Assembly (NCBI GenBank): GCA_040437565.1
Contig: JBDOQK010000007.1
Location: 1 to 64,000, forward strand
Source of the DNA: Albugo candida
Taxonomy: Eukaryota
DNA: 64,000 nt
Direction of reading: 5' to 3'
The position numbers and the translations under genes are program-made. Below, piece by piece: positions 37,925-51,239 of the stretch (the first letter of the stretch is position 1; every line of letters starts with the position of its first letter). The notes beneath the pieces are model-generated. The model ran no database searches. It was given only the letters and a program-made list of their open reading frames with translations, and was not told where the DNA came from.

Positions 37925-40900
37925 TTACAACTCATCCATTTCATCCTGTCGTTCATTAGCTTGTACGAGACCCGGGACAGCAAGCTTTGCAGCCAACAGC
38001 TCTTGTTCCTGTAACTTCGTCTTGGCCATTCTTTCCTCCATATACAGTTCCGCATTGTCTTCTCCAGCAAATTCCTTTATATTGACCAAGAAATCACGAA
38101 GATGTTTCTTAAACATTGCCAAATCCTTTCTCATATCGAAACACCCGACTACGAATTCCACTACTTGACTTTGCGATAAATTTGGAAACGAAGTTCCAAT
38201 GAGATTCGCGACATAATCCTTCAGAAACGTCTACACAGCAATTCGAATCACTTTACGAAAACATCAAAAGTGAGAATGCGTAGCCATACCGAATTCGAAT
38301 GGTCCGCAGGCGCCGGTGTCGGAGTGGGCAGCGTTTCCCAAAGCGGTACATTCAATTGAGGATTCTCAACAATGGCAAACATATGCCGCAGGATCGCCGC
38401 ATGGAGCTTGAATCCGAATTTGTGCAAGCGATCTGTAAGCACTGATAAAATGTCTTGGAGTAATATCAGATAAAACGAGCGGTAGAATCCAGCGGCGATA
38501 TTCGGATTGTCTTGGATATTGAGTAGTAAGCCAAAGAGTGTTTCCAAGCCCTGCGCATAAACGTATCATCAGACATCGTTCTGTGTGTACAAAAAAACAA
38601 GCACTTGCCGTGTCAGCGACATTTCTTTCTGTGTGCTTAAACGCCCAAATAACCGAATCGACAACCAGCTTTTGAAGCTCCTGCGGGATGCCAAACAGCG
38701 CCTCGAAACAGTGCTCATTCACGGCTTTCAGTAACTTGAAGAAATTCACACGATGTTCGGGGAAATCTTCAAAGTTTTTTGTGATCATTTGCAGTGTGCA
38801 TTCAAACACAGCCTTCAAAATCGCCGGAACAGTTGGAACTATCGTTTGTTTCAGTTTGTGGATAAACGTCGCCAACAAACTCAATACTTCTGCTTCTTTC
38901 GCTGTTGGCGTTGTGAGCTCATAATCCGATAACACTGTTTCCAATATTTTCGGCAGGAAATGTGTTGCAACAAGCTGACGTGATGCGTCATCGGATGCAA
39001 TTTGTTGGATGAATGTTTCCATCAGACGCAGCATTTCTTTCTTAGCATTACGCAATCCGCGTACTTCTGATGTTTTCACTGCAATCTCGCCACCCTGTTC
39101 GACGTGTTGAGCAATTCGCTGTGTATACGCCGTGTAGACGTTCAACATGTCTTGGTAGAGGTAGCCCATTTGAGAATTGAAAGCGTTTGGTCCGATCGCT
39201 TTACAGACACGAGTGTTGGTTCGTACGATTCTGATGATTTCTTTGACTCCTCGTGAATCGTAAAGAACACTGACATCTTGTGAAGCTTGAGACATGATCC
39301 CCTTCCACGATTTATTCGGCGAATCCATCAATTTTTCCAATAAGACTTCTCCTCTTGCGGGATCCGATTCAGCGGATAGCATCGATGCGACTGCTTCATA
39401 GAATGTGTGCACTTGATGCGTCTCCAAATGAGATACGATCTTTGGCAATGCTGTCAGTAATTCCTCAACAAAAGGACACGTCTCTTTGAATTGAAGTGTC
39501 ACGAATTTACGCCGACACTTTTGGGAGATCTTGAGGAACGTATCGCATGCCATATCTTGTACACCAGGATGCAATTCGTGCATGAATTCAAACAGTTTGT
39601 TGACAACAGTTCGGAGAAACTTCCAATGCGCTCGTAGAAATCGCGGATACTGCCCAACGACATACATGATGTTTGATGCGACCACAGCTTTGTTATCTTT
39701 GCCACGTTTCATTTCACATAAACCCAACAGATCTTTTATCACTGTGACCAGAAATCGTTTCTCATTCTCTTCGCTCATGGCACCGGATATGGAGCCTATT
39801 GCCCAACAAAGTGTGTTCAGATTGTTCCACGACCATTCTGTGCCTTCCACTTGAGCAGTGAGTTTTTCGAGCATAATCGTTTCCGTGTCGTCATAATTGA
39901 GATGGGTGAGATACACCAGTGTTTCATGCATGGTCTTGTATTGCGATAAAGCTTCGGTGTCTTTGGTTGTCTCACGTACGATCTCACCATTCTCATCTTC
40001 GACGATGAGTACCTCTGACGGTTTGACCATTTTAGAAATCATCACATGTCGTACTTGAGACAAGATAGATGCCACCAGGTCTTTGCGACTTGTTGGTGCC
40101 GACGCTGGGCCACCAGAGCTCAGTGTTGATATATTTGGAAACCCAGCCAGTGCTGCAATTACAGGATTGCAGACGAATTTTGATTTGTGGTACAAATCTT
40201 TGGTAAGAAAATGCCAGTAATCCAAACAGATTTTGAAAATACTGTCATCATCGACATCCGAAATACCGACGAGATACGAGTATCCTGCCAAAAGCGCCTG
40301 ATGTGGCTCGTCTCCAAACTGTTGTATGGGTTGCTCAATGACGTGCACATGATAACGGAAAAAGTTGGTAAAGAAGAGACTTAATCGCTGTACAAATATA
40401 TCGTCTTGATCACAAACGACCTGGAAGGATGTCCCTGAAGGTACCAGCTTGCTCAATTCGTGAAGTACTCCCATGTATAATTGAACGTAAACTTCATCGT
40501 ACTTTGCCGGCATCTGATCATGCAGTTGCGCGATTTCGCTCAGACAACTCAGCGTATCATTTCGGAACGCACTCGTAGCAAGGAATTTGGTGACCAAAAG
40601 CTCAATCAATACCGTTTCAAAGACAAATCCAAGCGGAATCCAACTCAGAAAACGCAATAGCGTCTGCAGGGTAATGGTCAGTAGCGGTACATGACTCGAT
40701 TTGTTGAGCACGAATTCACAGAGCTTTATTGACAGCAGAGAAAACGATGTAAGAAGAGCTGTGTCACAACGAGGTAATCGATGAGTGCCGACCTGAAATA
40801 TCTGTGTAAATTCGTGATTGAGACTTTCCTTCAATAACTTTGTTTTCTGCTCTGTGAGTTGGTCTTTGGAAAAGTCGAAAATCTCTTCACTCAATAGCTT

Positions 40901-41617
40901 CAATATCGTCATATTGTTCTCACAAAGCACTTCCGACGTCTATGCATTCCCATTCATATAAACATACTCTCATTGCATTCGACCGAAACACTCACTTTGC
41001 TCGAACTGACAATATCGGATACAAAAGTTGGCCAGTTTTGTGGCCATTCATGCTTCAAAATCTATACAAAGCTCATAATGAGACAAACTATTGCCAGAAA
41101 CCAAATGTCGACGTACCTGAACAAGTAATAAATCCATTTTCTGAATAAAAACCTTTTCTCGACGCAGAATTGCCTCATCAGACGACATCTGATCCACGCA
41201 ATGAGTATCAGCGAATGTGTATACTACAACTCTGTCAACGTACTGAAAGTAATTTGCTGACAACGTAATTTTTGATCCCTTCTTGCTGCTCTTTTGGTAA
41301 TATTTTCCATCGATATCGAATCGCGTCTTCTAATATCTAAACAATTGAATTGGTGTTGAATTGTGGTACGAAACAATGTAAAGTATCAATTTATGTACTT
41401 GTAAGCCGAAATATTTGGTTTGTGGACTTTTCGATTGTTCCAATATATCTGATGCACGCGTCCATGAGTCCTGGTGTTCTTGTAACGCTACCATAATCTG
41501 ATTCGCTATTCTTTGATGCGGGCTTTTGGGATCATTCATACACGTTACGACTTGATCCAATAGAGACACATCAAAAGGGTGTGAAAAATCCAATAGCTTT
41601 TGACCAATTGCTTCCAT
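37925..41617 (-). CDS. XPO1: Exportin-1 (CRM1), multi-exon
   Basis: [81 protein letters not shown]. Confidence 0.97.
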
Positions 41618-41859
41618 TCCTATTTTTCTATCTCCGATTTCCCAAACACTTTTTTTTTTTTTAAAGGTTTGTCGTGTAAATTGATATGCTATCGAGTGTC
41701 CTGAGTTTGTGTGTTACACTACATTTCAACGCATCGACTACCGACCAGTGCTTCCTTGTTGTAATACAATTCATTTTAGAATTGCAATTCACAGTTTTCT
41801 ATTTATCGATCGTATCTTTTTAAGGGTATTGATATCCGCACAAGTCTTTAATTATAAAT

Positions 41860-42889
41860 ATGAAATCAGATGAATTGAAGCATTCTACCCATACAAAACA
41901 CGTGCACGGTGCGCATTCAAGTCACAAGCATGGAATTGTATCCAATCCTGACGACGTGGTGCGTCAATTCAAAAATGTACGCGGTCGCGATCCTACGCCA
42001 TCGGAAGAAAAACAATTGAGAGAACACGGACATATCCATGAGAATCTCGATTCACCAGGGGATTTTCTTGCAAGAGATCCCGTTCAGAATGGCAGAGACT
42101 ATACGTTGCGATCGTTTACAGTCGGAATTGGCGGTCCCGTCGGTAGCGGGTAGGTAGCGTGTCCGGTTGCAGCTATTCACTCTATTTCACATACTTTTAT
42201 TTAGAAAAACAGCTTTGATGTTGGCACTGTGTAAAGCGCTTCGTGAAGACTTTTGCATCGCAGCCGTACGATCTCGATAGGGAGTGTACTTATTTCATGT
42301 GACTGAGCCCGTGTTTGTGTGGTGCTGTTAGGTAACGAATGATATCTTCACACGTGAAGATGGCGAGTTTCTCGTCAGACATGAGGCCTTACCTCAGGAA
42401 AGAATACGTCCTATTGAGACGGGTGGTTGCCCACATGCAGCTATACGTGAAGACATATCAGCAAATCTTGAAGCTTGTGAAGACCTCACACAACAATTCA
42501 ATACTCAAATCGTACTTGTGGAATCGGGAGGAGGTACGCTTGAAAGCTGGTTGTAGAAGAAATCTAATGAATGAATGTCGATAGATAACCTTGCTGCAAA
42601 TTTCAGCCGGGAATTAGCCGATTATATCGTTTATGTGGTCGATGTCGCTGGTGGAGATAAAGTACCACGTAAAGGTGGACCAGGAATCACTCAGGCAGAT
42701 TTGCTTGTGATCAATAAAATCGACCTTGCACCTCATGTCGGAGCCGATTTAGCAGTGATGGATCGTGATGCTAAGAAGATGCGTGGATCTGGTCCAATTG
42801 TGTTCTCTCAAATCACTGCCAACAACGGTGTTCCTGAAATTGTCAAGCATATTCTTAAAGCGTATGAGGCTGAAACTTTGTCAAAATGA
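41860..42889 (+). CDS. ureG: Urease accessory GTPase UreG, three introns
   Basis: His-rich N-terminus; [12 protein letters not shown]-loop, [69 protein letters not shown]. Confidence 0.95.
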
Positions 42890-42949
42890 ATCAAAATTTG
42901 TTGTATTGATACTCACAAATTCAATCCGTAATCAAAAATTAAAGTGTCG

Positions 42950-44079
42950 TCAAATTTGGTGTTTATTGTTCATCTCCATCTCCATATATTGATTTTGTAA
43001 CTTCTTACACACGTACATAAAGTATCCAAGGCCAACATCTGCATGAAAAGGAACGTGAGGCTATCCTGCCCATGCAAATGTACGACTCTCACCAATTGGA
43101 TGGAATTCAAAAGTCCACTTGTATGGTCTTAATCTCGACTTACCCGAACGCAAATCATCGCCCTGCAAGATACAGGCAAGATCGTTATGAGATACAAAGT
43201 AGAAACGATGTGATCGTACCATGAGGAATCGTTTACGAAATAGCGGTTGTTCGAATGAAATCTGGATGAACACACCGGTTACGTCCAACACTTTATGGAT
43301 GCCGCCGCACATAGCAGCAGCTTGAGCAATGATCTCTTCGGATGGATCCCGTACGCTCACTACATCGACCTACGGCAAGTAGTATCACTCGAATAAAGCA
43401 AAAAGCATCATCATGAGTTACCATTATCGCATCCATTGCGGCTTTGTCGATTACAACGTCGAAACTGCCCGTATCAAAAATCTCTGTCAATTTCGTCATA
43501 TCTCCGCATATCCATTTCATATCCGGTTGACACTGAAGCACAAGTAGTGAGAAGACTATACGCTGACTCGATCGATTGGGAAGCGTACATTTTTGTGTTT
43601 TTCGCGCATTCGATCGATGACAATCTCTGAGAAATCGAGATTCGTTATGTTTCTATACCCAGCTTCATACTAAACACACATAAAACCAGCCTAAAGCTTT
43701 CCGAACGCGCAAACGTACCAAATCGGCGCTGAAAGTGGAATTTCCACAGCCAATCTTTTACAATAAGAATCGCATCAGAATACGTATCGCAACAAGTATG
43801 TATCATACCACAAGGATTCGATCATCCATTTGCAAACAGCGTCCCATTATCTGAGCGACATCTTGATACTTTGCCAACCAATCGTACGTTTCTTCGCTAT
43901 ATCCATTTGGTTAGCTCTTCTCGTCGTATCGACAACTTCTCTACTCACCTTTCATATCGCTTATTCCAGTACTCCCGAGTCTTGTACTCTTTGTTGTCTT
44001 TCTACGCGCAAATGAGCAAAACAAAGCACTGCTCTATAACGTATAGTACCGGCACAGAGGTATCACGCGTCGTGCCCAT
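42950..44079 (-). CDS. SAM-dependent methyltransferase, EEF1AKMT4/ECE2-like, multi-exon
   Basis: EYKTREYWNKRY, EETYDWL, IGCGNSTFSADL, NLDFSEIVI, FDVVIDKAAMDAI, FIQISFEQPLFRK. The terminal exons are inferred. Confidence 0.85.
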
Positions 44080-44176
44080 TGAAGAAAAGTGACTATGTCA
44101 ATTGTGTTCCTCGCACTCGATGTCAAGCGAATGAGTGGTCAATAAGTGCGATAAGAGAACAAACGCTGCAGTGATA

Positions 44177-44983
44177 TCAATTGTAAGAAAATCTATTGCC
44201 TGCTTTGATTACATTATATTGCGAGCGATAGATGCTGCCACCTTCTTTCACAACATATTTCTCTCTATCGGATGCAATAGAGAATGCATTATTTTGCATA
44301 GTCGACGTCACGTATCGCTTTGATTCCATGAAAACATTATCCATATATTTGTGAAGATCCAAGACATCTGTCTGAACATAGATAGGGACAGTTGGGTCTA
44401 AATACTCTGCTAAAGTATCGACGAATTCCGACGTGATCACTCTACGTTTCTGGTGACATCTTTTAAACCATGGATCAGGATGAAAGATCGAGATACTTGA
44501 GAGTTTAGATGGCATGTTATCGAGTATCGTGTGTAGCTGATAGTTTATATTTGCGTGTAGAAAGATCAAATTCGTAAGATTCAATTGAGAAGCGATCCGT
44601 TGAGCTTGTTGTATGACAGTTTGACGTATCTCCACGCCAATAAAATTCAATTCGTTTTCATTCGCTTTCGCGACTTGCATCAAATATTCTCCATGCGCAC
44701 ATCTACACAGAATGCACGTCAGACTCGTTTGAATTGCTTAAAATATCACCACAACTCACCCGATATCCAAATGGATGGGAAGCTTTGAATTGTGGAATTT
44801 GTTCCATTCCGGAAATGTATTCAATTTTTTGAAATGATCCGACAGCGGATTTACATGTTGACGGAATCGTTTTTGTGTTTGTTTGCATTTCTGTACATCC
44901 GAATACCTTCTGACTCGATTGCGCACTTTGAAAGCGACTCGCGGCCATGAAATTGTATCGCGTATCAGATGTGAATTGAGCAT
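44177..44983 (-). CDS. trmB: tRNA (guanine-N7)-methyltransferase, bacterial TrmB type, probable organellar transit peptide
   Basis: RFRQHVNPL, IHLDIG, NFIGVEIR, FLHANI, IFHPDPWFKRCHQKRRV, VQTDV; Arg-rich N-terminus; one intron. Confidence 0.9.
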
Positions 44984-45031
44984 TGATTGGTCAGTCGCAC
45001 TTAAGCTCACTCAAAGCTTCAAGCACGCGAT

Positions 45032-45747
45032 ATGGTACGTCTACTGTCAAACTCTCTTACTGACTCGAGTTTCGTTCTTATAATACTTATAATCAGTCTG
45101 TGACGTTACATACGACACACGGCGATCTTAAAATTGAAGTGTATTGTGACACTGCTCCAAACACAGCGACAGTACGTCCCGTAGCAGATGCACCTCAACG
45201 AATTATAACAACTCCATTATGAATTATAGAACTTTTTAGCATTATGTGCTTCAGGTGCATACGATAACACACTATTCCACCGGTGCGAACTGTTTTGCGA
45301 ATTGTGTGTTTTCTAATCGATTTGCATTCAAAGGAACATGAAAGGCTTTATGGTACAAGGAGGAGATCCTACTGGCACCGGCAAAGGAGGCGACAGCGTC
45401 GGAGGCATACCTTTGAATGACGAATTTCATCCTCAGAATCGTGTACGCACCGCTGATCGCATCTATCAAAGTGAGACATTGTTACATGCGCATAGCACAA
45501 TTGCCGCGGAATTGTATCAATGGCCAACAGCGGACCCAATAGCAACAAACAGCAGTTCTTCATCACATATGCACGTCAACCACATCTGAATAACGTGTAC
45601 ACAGTGTTTGGTAAAGTAATCGATGGAATGGAAACCTTGGACGGAATGGAGAAAACACCGGTGGACGCAAAGCATCGTCCTCTGAAAGAAATCATTTTGC
45701 AGAGTATAACGATACATGCAAATCCAATAGCGGAGCTTTCGATTTAG
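45032..45747 (+). CDS. PPIL3: Cyclophilin PPIL3-like peptidyl-prolyl isomerase; first coding exon is ATG only
   Basis: ATG|gt..ag|[83 protein letters not shown]. Confidence 0.92.
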
Positions 45748-45787
45748 AGAATTAAATAAAGTAATAAAGGTCCATTCCACCGCACCT

Positions 45788-48009
45788 ATGTCATTCGAAG
45801 CGCATGTGGCTGCATTCTACGAATCACTCGCCGAAGACAAATTAGAAGATATGTGTGAATCGCTTCACCAAATGCGTCTCGAAGTCGCACAAACGGATAG
45901 CACACAAAACGATCCAACGCAAAAAGTGTACGCGGAGGTACGGCAATGCTTACTTTTACTGAGCATTTTGCGTAATAACACATGACATAAGATATTGCGT
46001 TCGTGTGAGGAGAAATCGCAATCAAAGAAACAGTTGATAAACGAGTACTTCATTCGTTGTTGCAGCGGTACGGAACGTAATGAGATCGCATTGCAAAAGC
46101 TGCTGAGTGCAGTGACAATGTGTTTGGACCTTCAAATGCTCACAGTAAATGACCAAAACATGAAACAAATTCAAACGTTTCTATCGCAACATTTTCAGAG
46201 GAAAGCGACGATCGTTTATGAGAGCGTTTGCAAATGTAAAAATGAAGCTCGTGCCAATGCATTTGGTTACATTGAGCGCAACTTTTACGTCGAGGGTCTT
46301 AATGAGATACTTGGTAGTGTGATGGATGTCGCAAAAGCTCTGTTGGAGATTGTGGGAGGCGGTGAGTATGAGCACACTTTCTATTCACAGTTTATGTCAC
46401 CGGTGCATGCGCTCTGTGTCGAAGTGACACTGGAAATCGTGCATTTGTTTACGATTGAAGGCAGAATGGAAGCATGGGAACGGCGGGCATTAGAGCAAGC
46501 AAAACTACAAGCAAGTAAATCGGATATTCCTATAGAACTCGATGAATCGCTGCAGATGATGGATCTCTTTTTGGACGAAATGACGTGTGTCTTACGACTC
46601 CTTTTCACATATCAAAGCTGCATTCGGAGGTTTAGAAAGAGTGTCACAATCGATCAAAAGGCTCGAAATCAAAACACATCGACTTTACTGCAAATCACTA
46701 CGAGTTTGAATCGGTTTGATCAGAAAACAGCGGAATTGAATGGCATTTATATGCTTTTAGAACGGTTTTATATTTTTCAATCGGTGCACAAAGCGATCGA
46801 AATCGCCGAAGTACAAACGCTCGAAAACAGTATTTTCATTTCCAGTGTCGTGGAGGATACGTCCTTCGTGCTCAGTAAAGTATTAATGCGCGCATCTCAA
46901 TGGTAAGTACGAATGCAATATTTGCTTCATGACTGTGTAAGCGAATGTTATGTAGTATTCAGTATCCAACGACATTGTCTGTTGTGAGCGCAATTGTGGA
47001 TGCATTAGACTCCATGTACCTTCCAGCAATTCTGAAGCTTCCTGACCGTCAATTCGACTTTTCTGCCATTTCCGCAAAATCGGGTCAGAATGTGGTGGTT
47101 TCCAAATCGAAAGATGAAGAAGAGGCTCACAAAAACACCGATCAGAATGAGAATATCTCATTTTCCGACTTGTTGCTCCAAATTGTCGACGAGGATGTGA
47201 CTCGTGAATTACACAAAGAAGCCAAATTAGTAATGGCAATCAATTCCGCGTTTATGAGCTGTCAAGTTGTCTCTGGTCTTGCGAATAAAATTGAAGAAAT
47301 ATCCGATACAGTTTTCCCCCATGAAGCGAAATTACTCGAATGTGTACCGCGACCGATTTCCGAATTGAATGACACATTCATTGAGGTTGTGAACAATGAG
47401 ATCAGCACCATGATACAAAGCACCATCAAGCCTCACATAGAGCCATTACTCCACGACTGGATGGAGACGAAATGCCAGTACATTCTCTCAAGCGCTGAAT
47501 TCGATCGGTTCGGAGTACAACCATCTCCATTAACAGAGTTTATGGAACGATATGTCGCCAAGAATCAAATACTGAAACGATACCAACAATCGTTGTGCCA
47601 CGAACCTTTCCAGTCATTGATGCAAGCTTTTGCAGATGGAATAACGACATGGCTTGAAGATGCCATAATCCAGCTACAACCTGCGATGAATGAATTAGGA
47701 GCATTGCAATTTGAGCGAGAAGTTTCTGATTTGCTGATGAAACTCTCTTCCTTTGTCAAGACCAAAAGCATGCGGAGTTATTTCACACGATTGTTCCATA
47801 TGACGCTGATACTCAATTTCCTACAGCCGGATGATCTCGTCAGTTCGTACCAGTCAAGATCGATTGATGGAGAAGAAGAATTGGACTCTGCTACACTTGT
47901 AGCTCTTTTGCAGATGCGTATTGAATTCCAATCAACGGATTTAGACGATGCCGTTCACAAGTGGAATGAAAAACGTGAACAGTCCAGGCAGAGAATACAA
48001 AGCAATTGA
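45788..48009 (+). CDS. COG4: Conserved oligomeric Golgi complex subunit 4-like; introns 45938-45991 and ~46903-46953
   Basis: SSVVEDTSFVLSKVLMRA and NELGALQFEREV..RSYFTRLFHMTLILN match the COG4 middle and C-terminal patterns. Confidence 0.75.
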
Positions 48010-48051
48010 AGCTAATTCACGTAATCAATAGAATTTTTCTTTCTTTCTATT

Positions 48052-49173
48052 TCACCCAAAAGCTCCGATTGGAAGTTGAGCCATTGGATCATCGCTGTCG
48101 TCGTCGCTAGCGCTGCCTCCTCCACTACTGAGCGAGTCGTCATCCAAATCATCATCATCGTCGTCTTTGTCTTCCACCGCTGCTTCGATCTCCTGGAATG
48201 AACCCGAAGTTTCGCCATCTTGCGGATGTGAAGCGACATTTTCTTCATTTTCTTGTGCGATTGTTTGTGTTGTATGTGACGATATACAAGCCTCGGGTCT
48301 CGCTTCTACGCTTCGGCTCACTCCCATCGACTGATAAATTGCGTCATTGCTTATCATCGTATCTGACATTTTGCTCTTCTTGGACCCCTTTTTCACTTCA
48401 TTATTCCCCAGCACTTTATCTCTCTTACGTTTGATAGTTGCAGACGCTGTCAATGTCCGCGCTGAACCTTGCTCAATACCGTCCATTTCTTTTTTCTACC
48501 AGTGAGAGTTGAGCCTCTGACAGACGAAATCAATCTCACACCTTTTCGACGGTATCGTTGACCCGACAAGCCCATTCCTATTTGCACTTATCACTGAGAT
48601 TGCGGGTGGCTACTTGATCATTTCTACTTTGCATTACCTCCTGCTTGATCGTTGGGAGTTCCTTCCATTCGTTTTCCAAACGGGTTTTGACGGCACTGAC
48701 AGACATCTTTGTAGCAAAAGGTTGAAAGATGTATGAAATATGTACACTCTTGAGATACCTTTGGATACATCCGATGATAGCGTGGCGCATTTTCCGTAAT
48801 ATAAGAGTTTTTGGCATCGGTTGAGCGTGACGTACGATACTAAAGACACGTAAAAGCTTTCAATACAGCGCTTTGATGAGTGAAAATTATATTGAACCAA
48901 TTCCATTCGTCTGACACGGATAGCTGCGAGTTTTTCGATCATAAGGCTACAATGAAAAGAAGCATTGAAAGTGCGTTTTCGTTGGAGAGGGAAGCGATAA
49001 GATACGTCTGAAGAAGAGATTCTTGAGCGTAGACGTCACATAGACCATCATATTGCTTTTTCAGCTCTTCGGTGGCGTTATTCAACGCGTCAAAGCGGCG
49101 CTTTGGATCGCAATGAGAAATCGAATCTGTCGTCAACATTTACATGAAAGGATGATGTGGTGCACATCATATA
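48052..49173 (-). CDS. Hypothetical multi-exon protein with an acidic C-terminus; start probably in or near the gap
   Basis: 144-aa terminal ORF with a D-rich tail plus upstream exon-like pieces bounded by GT/AG; lies in the gene-dense block. Confidence 0.55.
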
Positions 49174-49289
49174 NNNNNNNNNNNNNNNNNNNNNNNNNNN
49201 NNNNNNNNNNNNNNNNNNNNNNNNNNNNNNNNNNNNNNNNNNNNNNNNNNNNNNNNNNNNNNNNNNNNNNNNNTTCAGATTGAGATCGA

Positions 49290-51239
49290 ATGATAGATCC
49301 TCACAAGCAGAAACAAGCGCAACATGTTGCAATTAATATGACAGGAGGTCCTAGTACGGGAGCACTAGATGTTGATTCTTCGAGAGAAGAAGCTTTGTAT
49401 CGTTTTCGAGACATTAATTGGGCAGCATACACTCGGTACGATCGATGTATCTCAAGTATCTTCTTAAGCAGTATGAATGTGTCTTTAGTGTGGGCGGCTT
49501 CTCTCTGGGAACGAAAGAGATATCAGCTCTCAAGGAGATCGAATCGATCTCAAAGCCCGGAAGCGAAGATGTAAGTGAATTGAGAAACTCGTGTGTGTGT
49601 GATTGTGTTTGATGCCGCTGTTGTCTCAGAATGCGAATGCCGTCGACGATTATTTGCTAGGTTGGTCATTATTAAGTATATCAATGCGATTTAAATCGAA
49701 GATTATACACCGTTTTGCAAAGATTCCGGCGAAGTTCTGGCTGGAGCTTTGCTGAAACTCATCAAGCATGTGACCGATTCGACAGTTTTGAAATACGCTC
49801 TCGCACGGGTTGAGGAATTGCTTCCAGGTAGACGCATGCTCTACAGCTCGAGAATTCTTGGGACTCAATAACAGACTTTAGACGGTCTGAGGTTGCGGAA
49901 ACGTGTCAAGTATTTTGGGGAGAACATTGAAGGCACACCATTTTTGCGGCTACTCAAAAACGATACGGGCTACGTCGGATATGCAGCTAGCCATATATTG
50001 GCGCTTTTCTTGACGTAAAAATCTTTTCTCTGTTTTAGGATCTCATCGTCACGCTGTATGTGATAGGATACGACACAATATGGATGACATTGCTGCAATA
50101 TGTCACTGGGCGGTGCAAGCTTTGAAATTAGATGGGTCGAATGATCCCAATCGCGCAAATATAACGCGCGCAGCCGTAGCATCCATGATGGTGCTATTAA
50201 GAACTCCAGAGGCGCGAACAAGCTTTATCAAATTTGGAGGCGTATCTGCGTAAGAATGGTAGAATATGAGTCATAATTGATCTCACTTTGTCTCGGCACA
50301 GCGTCGCCGACCTGTTGGAATGTTCTCAACACAAGGCGCAGCTTTCATATGAGTTGATCTTCATTCTTTGGACATTATCATTCTCAGAGGATGCAATTGA
50401 GCAATTCAATCTTACCAACATTCTCGATATCTTGATTCAGCAGGTATGCACTTATTTCTAAATGACACTGAGCGTTTACTTTGATGTAAAAACATCAAAT
50501 AGGTCACCATGGCACCACGTGAAAAAGTTGTTCGTGTGGCATTAGAGACTCTGCAGGTACCTTCTCTTTTTCCACCTTCTTGCTTGGTCTCAATGGTGGA
50601 GTCTATAGAATCTACTTGGCAAGCTGAGTGGACATTTCGATGAGCGCATGATCGATAGCGGTCTGTTGAAAACTCTCAACATAATGAAAGATCGGAAATG
50701 GACCGATGAGGATCTGGTCAACACTATCGGTAATGTCCGTGATGCGTTGATGCGAGAATATAAAGAGCTCAAGTAAGTCAATATCCGCAATACTGATTGT
50801 GATCACCGCACATTACGAGGAATGTATTAGTACAATGGAACGGTACGAGAAAGAAATTCGCACGGGCTCTTTGAACTGGGGTTTGCTGCACACCGACAAA
50901 TTCTGGAAGGAGTATTACATGGCGTTTGAACACAAGGATTTCGAGTTGATCCGGTTAGGCTAATCAGTTTGTGTGTCACTCTTTGGAGCGTAAATAACCT
51001 CTTTCTGAAGAATGCTTATTGGTCTATTGGAATCAGAGGACACAAAGACCGTTGCGGTTGCATTATTCGATTTAGGGGAATTCGTGCGGTTTTACCCAAA
51101 TGGAAAGCATATTGCCAAGCGTCTTGGTGCCAAGAAGGTAGTCATGAAACTCATGGCTCATGAAAATGCCGAAGTCCAGAAACAGGCACTTCAATGTATT
51201 TCAAAGATTATGGTCAATAAATGGGAATTTGTTGGTTGA
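49290..51239 (+). CDS. VMA13: V-type H+-ATPase subunit H, many short introns
   Basis: PREKVVRVAL, ERYEKEIRTGSLNWGLLHTDKFWKE, AVALFDLGEFVRFYPNGK..LGAKKVVMKLMAHENAEVQKQALQCISKIMVNKWE. Confidence 0.93.

Noticed and set aside
42950-44983. Two adjacent SAM methyltransferases as a functional cluster
   Set aside because: They belong to unrelated families with different substrates; adjacency is explained by gene density.
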